Assembly (NCBI GenBank): GCA_904063045.1
Contig: CAJFCJ010000002.1
Coordinates: 3,839,891 to 3,903,890, forward strand
Source of the DNA: Dimorphilus gyrociliatus
Lineage: Eukaryota; Animalia; Annelida
Direction: 5' to 3'
Length of the DNA: 64,000 nt
Part shown: piece by piece, positions 49,591-62,109 of the stretch
How positions within the stretch are numbered: the stretch's first letter is position 1
How the letters are laid out: every line of letters starts with the position of its first letter
Program-made: the position numbers and the translations under genes
Notes under the pieces: model-generated
Told to the model about the DNA's origin: nothing
Database searches by the model: none
What the model saw: only the letters and a program-made list of their open reading frames with translations

Positions 49591-51124
49591 TTATGGAAGA
49601 GCCAACCTAGTAGTAAAATTATCACAGCCTCTTATTTCTAATCCTGGAGTGGGTGAACTATATACATTCGTAAAGGTTTCTTCAACTGGTAACTCTGGAT
49701 CAGATTTGGCTTTGTGGTTAGCTTCTTCAATTTCTTTTCTGATTTGTGAATCAATTTCCTTCAGTTCTTGAGCGGTTGCCAATTCAGAAGATATAAGCCT
49801 CTCCTTAAAACCTGAAATAGCGTCTCTGGTGTTTCTAACTTCTTGAATCTCGGATCTTGTGCGGTAACTGGTTCCAGGATCAGACATCGAATGACCAGAG
49901 TATCTGTAGGTACCTGCTTCCATAACTAGTGGACCCTTGCCCGATCTAATATATTCGCCAGCCCATTCAGTCGCTGAGCGAACTGCTAGAACATCCATTC
50001 CATCTACCCAAATACCAGGAATGTAATCACCCCTTGTATAGTAGCTTGTACTAGCTGATGATCTCGCAATACTGGTGCCCATGCCATAGCCGTTATTTTC
50101 ACACACAAATAGACAAGGAAGATTCCATAGTTTTGCAATATTATACGCTTCAAAGACTTGTCCTTGATTAGCCGCTCCATCACCATATAACGCAACAGTA
50201 AGGTTTGGCAAATTATTAAACTTTTGGGACAAAGCAATACCTGCCCCCAGAGGTACCTGAGCACCTACTATGCCATTTCCGCCATAGAATTGATCTCCGT
50301 ACATGTGCATAGAACCACCTTTTCCCTTTGCAACTCCGGTTTTTCTGCCGACTAATTCTGAGAGGATAGCGTGAACAGATGATCCTTTCATATAGGTCCA
50401 GCCGTGTGCTCTGTACGCTGTAATAACTGCATCATCTTTTTTCAGAGATGCACTCATTCCAACGCAAACTCCTTCTTGTCCAGTGTACAAGTGACAAAAT
50501 CCTCTAATAGCTTTTTCTTGATACAAAGCACTAGCTGCGCGTTCCATTAAACGAATAGTTTGCATCTCAGTATAATATTTAAGTCCTTCTTCTCTCGTGA
50601 GAACAGCATCAAGCTTGGGGCCATCCTTCTCTTCAATCAAATGCAATTTATATGGCTAAAAAAATTAAAGAAAAAAGATTATCATAAAACTTAGATAATA
50701 TCCTCAATATCATCTTGGTTCTCGATTGAGTATCAACGTCCAATCTCTAACATTTATGAAGACCGCCTATCTTGTCAAAAAGTTACTATGAAATCTATAT
50801 ATAAATATTCAAAATTTTATAAGTGTATGGTTCATAAGCTTAAAAAAATTTTGATTTGTTGGAGTTTTTATCTATCCTTGCTCTATTATCGTCTACCAGT
50901 GATTCGCTTTGTTTTCTCTACATGAATATAACTAATAGATTTTTAAATAAAAAAAATCATACATATTGTATGGTAAATTTTGCTTCCGTAACTATATTGC
51001 GTCTTCCACCTAAAAGAAGATTCTGAAATAAATGAAATAGATGAAGCATGTATAAGCAGTTTTGTTTAAATATCCTTACGTTAAACCTTCTAGCAAGCGA
51101 CAAAACCTTTATGCTTGAATTCAT
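49591..51124 (-). CDS. PDHA1: Pyruvate dehydrogenase E1 alpha (2 short N-terminal exons plus one exon of about 1.07 kb)
   Basis: [52 protein letters not shown]. Confidence 0.97.
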
Positions 51125-51385
51125 TGTAATTCCTAAAGTCAACAATAAAACGATTATCTTTCAAGTTATGATATTTAATGAGAAAATTAGCAGTATTTGA
51201 GAAAAAGGTCGAAGACCTTGACAAATTCAAACTCCTATGCAAATTATAATAATAGTCGTCTGCTAAGGTGCAGAACTACTAAACGAGATATAGAGTCATC
51301 TAGCGGATATAAAACGAACTGGAGTCACTCGTGATGATGACTCAAAAAATATATCGAACGAGGCTTGATGAGCACGAAGAAAACG

Positions 51386-51396
51386 TGCGCATGCGC
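51386..51396. promoter_or_regulatory. NRF1-type palindromic site TGCGCATGCGC upstream of PDHA1
   Basis: Exact consensus in otherwise AT-rich DNA about 260 nt upstream of the PDHA1 ATG; TGACTCA (AP-1-like) nearby at about 51338. Confidence 0.45.
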
Positions 51397-52149
51397 TGGC
51401 AATTAATCGTGTTAAAATTGCACGAATTAATCCCTGGAATCTATTGATTAGATGTAGTTGAGGCGTAGTTTATATCATCATCTAAAAATAGTTGTAACTC
51501 TAAGAAAAACTAATGGAATAATCACACTATTTAATTGAATAAATAACTTGAAAATAAGAACTATTAAATTCCAATAAGCTCTCAAATGTAACAACTTTCA
51601 AATAAGTGAAATAGTAAAGTCATTAAAATATTCTATAGAATATATATTATATAAGGTACAAGCTTAGAAATAATACAATAATTTAACGTATATAGAATAA
51701 AATTCACCAGTATTATTATATTCTTATTATATAACATATCAAATTAATAAGTTAGAGTAAAGATGTAAATAAATAAATATAAATTAAGTGTTTTTACAAG
51801 CAATTTAATTAGAATCGTCAATCATAATAAAATAGTTACAAAGAGCTGAGTTCATTTATTTCTCTCTGATTCATTATTATATTCGGATTTTGATTCTTTT
51901 CATGAATGAGAAAGTATAGCAAATATAGTTTTATTATGAATTAGTATCTATTACTTCATATGTTGCTATATTGTTGTTGAGTCAGTTATGGCAACAAAAA
52001 AAAATTTCTATAGTCCTATTAATAATAACGTTATCCATTTTAAAATTTAATTCATATTTTAATTTTGCAGAGTTTATCAAGTGTACAATATATATTTGTT
52101 ATTGTTATACTGTTTGTATACAAAATGCAGTATATATGCAGTATATACA

Positions 52150-52150
<1 letters not shown>

Positions 52151-52181
<31 letters not shown>
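52151..52181. repeat. (TA)n microsatellite
   Basis: About 15 perfect TA units. Confidence 0.9.
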
Positions 52182-52185
<4 letters not shown>

Positions 52186-53132
52186 TTATTTACGTACTGT
52201 ATATATGTGTATAGGATAATTAACCTGAGTTCTCACTATTCGATTTTTTTTATTCCAGGAAGGATTGCGCATATGTTTATAAGTTATTAAATAAATTTCA
52301 AGGTTCGCCTAAATTCGAGCTATATTGTTCCCAAACTCTTTTATTTATGACAAACTAAACTATGTTGTAATATATTCAACATGTGTTTTTTTTTCTTATT
52401 ATAAAGGAAATTCACTGTCTCTTTTTTTTTCATTTCAACATTTTTCAACTAAATGAAGAAAAGTAAAAAAAAGTATAATGGTCTAAAATTTCAGTTAATT
52501 GGATAGAGGAAAAGTGAAAGTTACTCGTTCAGGAAAGTAAGAAAGGTTAGTTAGTGCAGAAAGATCATCAAAAGCCTTCATTTCTTTTTATTATTTATTA
52601 ATGTTTTCCAATGTTAATTAAAATAATATTTGGCTTTCGATTAATTTACCTTCAATTACGATTAAAGACACTTGGTTATTCTGTTTTCAACAATTTGTCA
52701 GAGGAATATGAATTTTTTATGGTTAAATTCAAAATTTTTATTATATTTTCGTTTTCTGCTTGTAAGGAGGACGATGATTGGCTCTTGCCTACGTCAAAAC
52801 ATAGTTAGCATATAGTCATTTGCATAATGTATGTTCTTTGTCCACCAGCTGTTAGGCCAGATGTAAACAAAGCATTGCGACGGAACTCTGTTGTTGCGCA
52901 CTTCAAGAGGGAAAAATAGAGTTTCATATGTGATCTCGGTATGGTTTTAGTCGACATCATACTGTATACATTTAGAATAGATGGGTCTTTTTGTGAGTGG
53001 TTCCTTCTAAAGTGTTTGTTTACCATGTTGTTACCGCGCCAGTAGTATTTCGTAATACATCTTGCCTGGATATTTTTGGCGGTAAAAACGGTTCTCTGTC
53101 TCTAACGATAGCTACCTTTTCAGGTCTGAATA

Positions 53133-53722
53133 ATGAAAACATTCCAGGCCTATCTACCAGATAAATGCCATAGGACCTACAGCTGCGTTCATTGCAGAGC
53201 CCATTTGGCAGACCATGACGACTTGATATCTAAGGTTTGTAAATATTCAATTTGCAGAAAAAAAATTTGTTATCCGACTGAGTAAAATCCGAAAGAAACC
53301 TCATCTAATATCTTTATTCCAATCACACAGTCTTTTCAAGGTAGCCAAGGACGTGCCTACCTCTTTAATTCTGTGTAAGTATTAACTTGCGCATCTTTCT
53401 TTTTATTTTTTCAACGTGACTCCATTCTCCCATTTCCTTCTTCAAGGGTAAATATTGGTCAGGGACAAAGTGAAGATAGAGTTTTACTTACTGGATTACA
53501 TTCTGTAGCCGATATATACTGCGAATGCTGTAATACAACTCTTGGCTGGAAGTATGTAAGTTGATAAAATATTACTTTATTAAAAGAGACAACAACCATA
53601 ATTGAAAATAATTTAATATAAATATAAAGGAACATGCATTTGAATCGAGTCAGAAATACAAAGAAGGAAAATTTATAATAGAACTTGCTCATATGATCAA
53701 AGACAACGGATGGGAGGAATAA
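53133..53722 (+). CDS. YPEL: Yippee-like protein (YPEL1/2/3 type), 4 coding exons; absent from the supplied ORF track
   Basis: [34 protein letters not shown]|[15 protein letters not shown]|[36 protein letters not shown]|[30 protein letters not shown]. Confidence 0.97.
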
Positions 53723-53727
53723 ATGAA

Positions 53728-53796
53728 AAATATATATATATATATATAGATATAAAGAGAGAAAGAAGGAGAGAAAAAAAGGAATATTACAATTAT

Positions 53797-53827
<31 letters not shown>

Positions 53828-53997
53828 TTCTACAGAATGGAAAAAATATGACTGCAAAAGAAAAAAAAAAAAGTGAAAAAAAGAAAATTTTTCTTCCGTA
53901 TGTTCTCTTGTATTTGTGTATAAGCGTTGTACTGATTTAGATTACTACCCGCAAAAAAAATCTATTTATTTTCTTTTGGAGTAGGTAACAGTATTCA

Positions 53998-54031
<34 letters not shown>
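53728..54031. repeat. Cluster of (TA)n microsatellites in the YPEL 3' region
   Basis: TA runs at about 53728-53750, 53798-53826 and 54005-54031. Confidence 0.85.
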
Positions 54032-54036
<5 letters not shown>

Positions 54037-54814
54037 ATTTTCTAATGTAAAAGAAGAGATCTTAAACTTCATCATTTGACTTCTTTAACAAGTTATACAG
54101 ATATTTGGACTGCATCGTCTTTTTACGTGTTTTTATTCCTTTTTATATTTTGTATACTTATATATTGTCTTATATACATATGCTTTATGATTATTGCATA
54201 CAGTCATTTCTCAGTGCCTAAATATATGCTTAATATGTTTTACATTTCTTTTTTTTTGTAAGAGAATAAAACAAAATTCTAAATAAATGCTTTAGAGTTG
54301 TTATCTCTCATCCTTATCCTCTTTTCTATTCTTATCTTCCTCTCTCTCTCTCGCTCTCACATTTACCATATCTCTATTGGCTGAGTTATTTTTTGTAAAC
54401 AACTTGCTTTTCTTCCTAGTTCTTAGATGTTAGGAAGAGAATATTATCGACTTTTTTTTCATATACATCTTGCTCAGGTGAACCGCAGTCATTTGATTCT
54501 TTTAATAGAAAAATCATTAGGTTTTCGGTACAAGGAACATTATTAAAACGTACAGGGTTTTTTTTGCATTAGTGTTTCTTTATACGTGTAGTTGATAAAT
54601 GATAGAAAAAAAAAACAACTTCAAAAAGTCATTTGCTATTTTACACTAAAAACGAACAAAATAAAGATGAAACTATTAAGTTTGGTTTCTACTTTATTCG
54701 ATAGATGGCCTTTTGATTAATTTTTACGCGTTTTAAGCGTCACCTATGGAAAGAAGTGGACGGGAAATGACCAAATAGAGGATATATAAAACTTAGTTTT
54801 TTTTTAAATTAATT

Positions 54815-56460
54815 ATGCCAACTATTGAAATTGGAAAACAATATGATAAATGGCTTATGTATAAATCTCATTCTTCTTTGAAATCGAACGAAAACTTTGT
54901 TGAATATCTTCTTTCATTGTAAATATACAAAATGATTCTCATTTCTGACTGGATCTTTAATTTCGATTTTTTTCAATGTTTTGCAGATATGAAGCCGAAA
55001 CAGGTATTCGCTTTAATTCCAAAGAGGATAGTTTGGTTATTGAAGACGAAAATAACAAAACTACTATAGAATGTAAAAACTTAGAGGATGACATTTGTCA
55101 AAAAGAAAATAGAGTGAAAAAAATATTCGAATTGGAAAAAGGGACTGTGTTGGAGTTAATTGAACCTTCTGAAGTTAAAACACTAAATAAGAATTGTCAA
55201 AAAGATGAAGTAAAAAAAAAAAGAAAACCTTTGCCAGATAATAAAGAGCAAGTCAAAATTAACAGTGAAGATATTCAATTAAAGTGTAACTATTGTGATT
55301 TCGTATGTTCCAATCGAAGAGAATTTGGTCGACATAGAAATACTAAACATCGACTTGAACATTTTCGGTGGAGAAACGCCCTCCGTGGTCAACTCAGTAG
55401 GAATGTTCATGATCCTGTAGTTTGCGATCAATGTGGTAAAATGCTTCAAAACAAGTACAAATTGTATTCTCATAGAAGTTCAGTTCATTCTGCCAAAAAG
55501 TACGTTTGTTCTTTCAACGGATGTGATTTTTCAGCAACTACATCGTCTAGATTAAGTCAACATCAAAAATGTGTTCATAATAGAGCCTCATTTCAATGTT
55601 CCGATTGCGGAAAGTGTTTTAAACGTTCCGATACCTTGAAGATTCACATACGGGCAAAGCACACCGGTGAAAAGCCATATTCATGTCCTCATTGCGACGA
55701 AAAATTCTTTGATATGATTCAAAGATATTCTCATCTTCTTAGGAAGCATCAGGATAATGAAGGGAGGAGTTTTATATGCGATATATGCAAAAAGGCTTTC
55801 AGAACTCTTGCCTCCAAAGAGAGGCATCTGGAGAGGAAAGTTTGTACTGCTGGTAGAGTTATAACGGAAGATGGAAAATCATTTTTAATTTGTTCTAAAA
55901 AGGATTGTAAATTTACAACAAAACATCGGCGAAGTTTACAAATTCATATAAGGGTGGTGCATGAAAAAGTTAAACCTTTCAGTTGCCGTCACTGCCCCAA
56001 GACTTTCGCTTTAAAACCTATGCTGAGGCAACATATAAAAATTCATCAGAATCTCGATAACAGGGAAAGGTACGAATGCCATGATTGCGGAAAATCTTTT
56101 CTTCAGAAATGCGCCCTCACTAAACATAGACGCGAAACTCATTTAAACGATACGCCTCATAAATGTCAACAATGTGGGACTGGCTTCGTTTTTCCGTCCG
56201 AACTCAAGCAGCACATGTATAAACATAAAGGTATTAAGCCGTACAAGTGCAGATTTTGCGGTTCTTTTTTCCAAAATGTGGCAACTGCTTGGAGCCATGA
56301 GCATAGAGTTCACAAAGAAGAGTGGGAGGCAATTGGGCATACCTTAGGCCCATTAAAGCCAGTAGAAGATGATAAAGCCGAAGCAGTAACCTATAATAAC
56401 ACTTCCACAGCTGAGCAATCAGTAGTATTTGAAATTGTTACAGATGACTCTCATTTATAA
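54815..56460 (+). CDS. C2H2 zinc-finger protein (about 11 fingers) with an extra N-terminal exon (54815-54918)
   Basis: Repeated CxxC..HxxxH fingers with an HTGEKPY linker. The ORF-track start sits within an intron (54919-54986); exon 1 MPTIEIGKQYDKW..YLLSL joins in phase 2. Confidence 0.9.
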
Positions 56461-57093
56461 TTGTATACCTATTTATAGATGATATTTGTTAAAGTTTGGC
56501 TTTCTTGAAGAGATTTCTAAGAATTATATAAAACCTATTTTCTTCTTTAAAACGTTATTTTCCTTTCTTTTATTATTTTTATAACCTACAGAAAAAACAT
56601 TTGTTAATCTAGCAGAAACCCAACACGTACCATCTTGTCCTAGCTTTATCTATAAACTATACATATACATATTTATATTGTATATACTGTGTAGCGGTAT
56701 ACTACTATTCTAACAGCAGCCATTTGATGAAAGTGACCTTTTGCTAGCTTTTAGTGTTTCTCTTACATTCCTTAGTTAATCTGTCTCTGGTCTATCAGTA
56801 TTATGAAGTTTTGATAAGAGAACCTGTAATCAAATTTACTTGTGTATATATTTACACCTATTATGTAATTAATTTATCAAGATTACATCAAAATATAAAA
56901 AAAGTAAAGCTTTTCTTTAAAACAAGTTATTTAAAACAAATTTATTGCTCTTTGTGACAATTTTGAATGATATTATGCATATTAATTATGCAAAACAATA
57001 CGAATGAATCAAAAAGGAAAACAAAATAAGGAGAAAACTTAAAAAACTAATATGGCAATATTTCTTTTTAATTTTGATAATTGGAATATTCAA

Positions 57094-60010
57094 TTATTCC
57101 TTCTTTGTTTGATTTTTTCTCACTAATCTTGGTAGGACGAGAATAGCAAATAATGCTGCACCATGCATCCAGAAGAAAATTTGCCTGTGTTAAAAAAAAA
57201 AACGAATATAAAACACTATTAATCTTTAAAGGTATGATAATGGTTGTTATATAAAATAGGCTTTTTTCAAATGATAATTCAAGTTCAAAGGAGGTTATTG
57301 ATAAGGTTAAATTGCTCATATTTGCACGAATAGTACAGGTGCTAGTTGACATAAATTTACGTTGAATGAATATTGAAATAAGAATATAAGAAACTACTAA
57401 GTTTTTCACTGAATAAAGTAAATTTTCTTATTGTTTAGTCACGTACTAAATAAAAATAATAACTAAGTCCGAAAGATCGTTAGTGCAGACTTTTTTCTTT
57501 TACGTGGTACTCTTTTTTTTTACAGTGACATGTCCCATCTTTCCTATTATCTAATAGTTAACAGATATTAGCTATACATACTTTAAAACAATCCAAGATG
57601 GTTCAAATTCCAACAAAACAAAAGAGAAGGTTAGATAACCTAAAACAACTCTGGTGGAAATTGAAGTTATAACATCATAAAGGAATTGGGATTGTTTCGA
57701 GCCTTGAAACATAGGTCTTATACATTTTCTAATCTGTTAAAAGAAAATATTGAATTTTAATTGAGGTTGAATTTCCTAGAACAAATTATATCTTACAGAT
57801 CTTCCTGCAGTTGTAAATAAGAATCCAGTAAAGAATGTTATATAGTAACCGGGATAAAATCCATGCCATGTTCCTGAGACTGCAAAAACGGCTAACATTT
57901 TAAACGCTGGCACTCTGTCGTACACAACGTGACGTAACCAATAAGTTGTAGTTTTATTCCAATTGTCAAGTAATACTTTCAAGCTTGTGCAAAACTATTT
58001 GTCAAGGGACAATTTTGATTTATTAGATAATATTATAAAGCTATTAAACCTCTATTTGAGCTACATCAGCATTATTAACCAAATCCCATTTGGCATTTCC
58101 CTTGCCGTCATAGCCACTGATTCCAAAGCCAGCATTGTTGTTGGCAGCTTCGCCTAATTTATTAAAAAGAGCAATTAAACAATATAATTGTGGGTATTCA
58201 AATTGATATATTCTTAAGAATAGAGAATTAATAAATTACCTATTGACCACGCAAAATAATATTTAGGTCTTTGAGCAGTAGTAATCATTATCACTAAAAA
58301 CATCTTAATTAGGAACGACTTATCTTGGAAAGATGACTCTAAATTCAGAGGTAATAACATCAAAATTATTCATAATTATTATATTAAACATGAACAAATC
58401 ATCTCACCTCTAAGTGTACTGATAGGGAAAATAGGAACGACTTTAAGTGCAAGGAAAACGTAAAAGAATGCGAAAAAGATTTTCTTTAGAACAGGCCACT
58501 ATATATATTATCGAGTTAAGAGAAGACAAAAATTTAATAACCAATCTCCCATAGAAATAGGGTAGTATTATTAACAAGGAAAAAACTTACGAATGGTGAA
58601 GGTTCGCTAGAACTGGATTGTTTCTAAAAGAAGAGAAAAAAGAAATGAAATCATTTTCCTATATAGCAGTAAATTTTGATTTGAGATTCTTACCGACATA
58701 TCTCCATTCTGAAGTTTCTTTGCAGTATTACCTTCGATGAAAGCTTGATAATCATCGAAGAAGGCGAATGGGCCACAAATTGTATTGTGAAAGGAAAAGA
58801 CGTATGATAATAACTCAAGTAGACTTGGATTTTTTCTGATGAAAATTTTGTTTGACATATTATTAATTAAAAATATATTTTAGAGCTCAATAAATAATAA
58901 TAAAGATTTCTTACTTGACTGCATGTTGTTTTCTACTAGAACTAAGTTTTGATTGATCTTTTACTCTACCATCGGCCAAACTACAAGCCAAACTGGATAT
59001 TCTTTGAACGTTTATCATTAGAGGGCTATTTATTCAAAAAAAGGAGAAATTTTAATAAAGTGCTATTATTATATTATATTGTTTTATATCTAAATATTTA
59101 AACTAAACTTACCCTGTTATGTCAAGTGTATAGCCTCCATAATCATACAATTGTCTATATATATGGCATACAGAGACGTGCCCCATTGATAGAAGGAAAA
59201 CTAAAATTTCCATAGAACCCGCAGGGAAAGTCAACATTATTGCATAAGAGATAAGAGAATGGAAAAGAATATGCCATATTTGTCTGTAACAAGAAATAAA
59301 TTGCATATATTATAGAAGATAGTATATACAAAAGAAGTCTCATTTCTAACAACTAGATTTTTGTGATAAAGAGATTACTTTAGTAATTTTAGATTTTCAC
59401 ATGGAACGACATAGCAAGCGTTAAACGAGGTACTGTTTTACAATCTCTTTTGAGAAATAATCAATTGTAGCAAAAAAACACATTCTCTACTAAATTTATG
59501 GACTTTGAGTATTGAAACTTCTAGCTTTGTGCATTTCCATTAGATGCTTATATTTACTGAGTAAAGTTCGTGATAAAAAGCGGTTAATCTGTTCTCTTAA
59601 AATATGGAATGATAAAAGATAAGAATACATTTTTAAAGATTTTTCATTTTCATGATGCTAAAAGAATTTGAAAGAAAGAGAGTCAAACTTACAAGCCAAA
59701 GCAAAAGTACATCATTGCTAAACCTATGCATACTTCAATAAAATGCCTTGTCCTTGGAGAAACGATTTTTGGTGAAAAAATTTTCCTAAAAGGATAACCT
59801 AAGACTAGAGCTATCAATTGGCAAACGACAAAGTTGATCTGTTAGGAGAAAACGGTATAAAAATTTTTCCATATCTTTTGAAAAAGCGAAACATGCTTTC
59901 TGTTCGCTCAAGGATAACATCACCTGATCTATTGGTAGGCCTATGGATTGAGAAAGAGGAGAGAGAAGTCTGGAACCAAAATAAAACTTCAAATTATCTG
60001 TTTCTGCCAT
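57094..60010 (-). CDS. MBOAT2: Lysophospholipid acyltransferase MBOAT1/2-like, multi-exon
   Basis: GLPIDQ|INFVVCQL, HIYRQLYDYGGYTLDITG, SFHNTICGP, DNWNKTTTYWLRHVVYDR, SGTWHGFYPGYY (catalytic His). Confidence 0.9.
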
Positions 60011-60438
60011 TTTCTCCGTTTTAAAACCCTTCAATTGACTTTATGGCAAAAAAACTATCACTGTACTGATCTCCTACTGCAAATTTCGCAAAGTACCGAA
60101 ATAAACTGGTAAAAGAAAAGAAGTGCTTGATATGAATATTTTACATCAACATGTAACTAAGCGACTTTATATTACTGCGCCTAAATTTTTATTAACCTTT
60201 ATATTCATATTAAATGTCATATTAGCTTTAATTTTTAAGATAACAGATTCCTAAAAAAAATAAATATTATCATTAATGTAAAGTTTTACATAAACTTTGA
60301 CGAGATAAATTTAATCGATCGAACTATCTTTTAGCGTAATGTTATTAAACAAAACTGTCTTTTCGTGATTTATAGTGAAGAGAGAAATAATGATTTAAAT
60401 TTAGGATTTTCAAATAAATTAAACATAAGAATAAAAAA

Positions 60439-61978
60439 ATGGCTGAGAAGAAATACGATCTTCTCCTGGTGGGACAGAATCCAGAAAAGTTAATTAAACA
60501 GCAACCATGGTAAGGGTTGATACTTAACAACTTTTGTATGACTTCTTTTACAACTATCAAAAAATTCATTAGGTATAAAGAAAGATTGCGAACTAAATAT
60601 ATGAAAGGAAAAACCAAGGATGATACATCCAAAGTGTTAGTAGGAAGAAATTGGACCTTTTTAAAATATGGATTAGATGATTTTCGTGATGGTCTTCCTC
60701 CAAAAACGGAAAGTATATTTTTGAAAGGTCCCGGCTTAGGTCCAAACTTAACAGGAGATGGTGTTAAACTTCCTCCAATATCTGAAGCAGCTGTAAAAGG
60801 AAGATTTACGAAACAACAAGCAGTTTATGATAAAGTTCTTCCTTTACCAAAACAAAAGCAAGATCACGTTGCCGAAATTGAAGATGGATTACAATCACAT
60901 CCCTTAGCTCTTTATCCTCATCTAGAGCAATGTTTGCCGCCAGATGTGTTTGAAGATATTGTAGACTTATTAGATCCTGAGATGAACTTTGAGGGAGATG
61001 AAGAAGATGATGCTGAATTGTCTGAAAAATCAGAAAGATCCCTTCCACGAACAACTAGCAAAGCAGGAACGGATAAAGCTTCAAGGTAGTTCATTTCTTG
61101 TTCGAGTTTGATCTATTACCACTATTTATAACTTTTCAACAGAGCGCCTTCTTCAGTGATGTCTTTTAGAAATCCATATAAATGGATATCGAGTAAAGCA
61201 GAAAGCGGTGTCGATGTTCCTATTGAATCGAATAGTCAAGATGACCATATTGGGAAAGTAACGAAAGAATTTTGTGAGTGGGTGTCTGGTTTAGGGGGAG
61301 AAACGAATAATATTGAAGAGTCAACTATTACATCTCTCTTTGCTAGTGGATATGAAACCAAACCGGCTTTATCAGTACCTATTCATGTTGTTGAACTCAC
61401 AAATGTTCCTCCAGAGCTGCGTATGGCAGCTAATGCCAATCCGCAACCAACGCAAAGTAGTGCTGAAGAAGAAAAAACGGAACTGGTTTGTTGATTATTT
61501 TTTTATTTATTTCACATAAGGCATTATCTAATGACAAACTAAAATTGACCTTTTTTTTAGCAAACAGTGTTGTCATTTCGTTGTTTATAATGTACGTTTT
61601 ATTCATTTATAGAAACCTGGAAATAGGACATCAGAAAAAATAGTTTATGGCGCTTGGTACCTACCGACGAAAATGTGGAAGAAAAAGCCTCAAGGAGAAC
61701 AATTAGAAGATCCTAAAAAAGCCAAACAAGCTCAACGAAGCGAGATGAAGATGAAAAGCGACGACTTGGACAATGAGTTAGCTAATTTGCATGGAGCTCA
61801 GGCATTTATTGAATTTATGAATAAGAAGAATACTCGGAGACCAGAATTCTTAAATAGTATTAGCGCCATTCAGGAACAAAAAAGGAAAGAAGAAGAAGCT
61901 AGGAAAGCAGCAGAGGAGGCGAAGCGAGCTAGACTTCGAAGAAAAGCTGTTACGGAGGAAAAACCTGCTGAGGCGTAA
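60439..61978 (+). CDS. FAM47E: FAM47 family protein, multi-exon
   Basis: PW|YKERLRTKY..NWTFLKYGLDDFRDGLPP; HPLALYPHLEQCLPP; KEFCEWV..; YGAWYLP..W; FIEF..RRPEFL. Confidence 0.85.
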
Positions 61979-62109
61979 ATAGAAGTGTGCGACTGATTTA
62001 AAGAAAAAATTTCTAAAGTGTATAGAATGTACAAGAACAACATTGGCTGTCATAAATAATTTGTAATATAACGGTTCTAAATAAGGTTTCCTACATTGTT
62101 CTCAATACT

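Noticed and set aside
51322-51380. GTGATGA as a possible C/D snoRNA box C
   Set aside because: No downstream CTGA box D or terminal stem, and not located in an intron of a plausible host gene.
49338-53086. TTTTGGCGGTAAA (E2F-like) at 49338 and 53074
   Set aside because: Only two copies with AT-rich flanks, one inside an intron; insufficient to call a regulatory site.
53459-54261. ORFs rich in Y/I (53459-53857, 53710-53940, 54076-54261; also 51971-52290)
   Set aside because: Translations of (TA)n microsatellites and AT-rich UTR, or antisense to YPEL exons.
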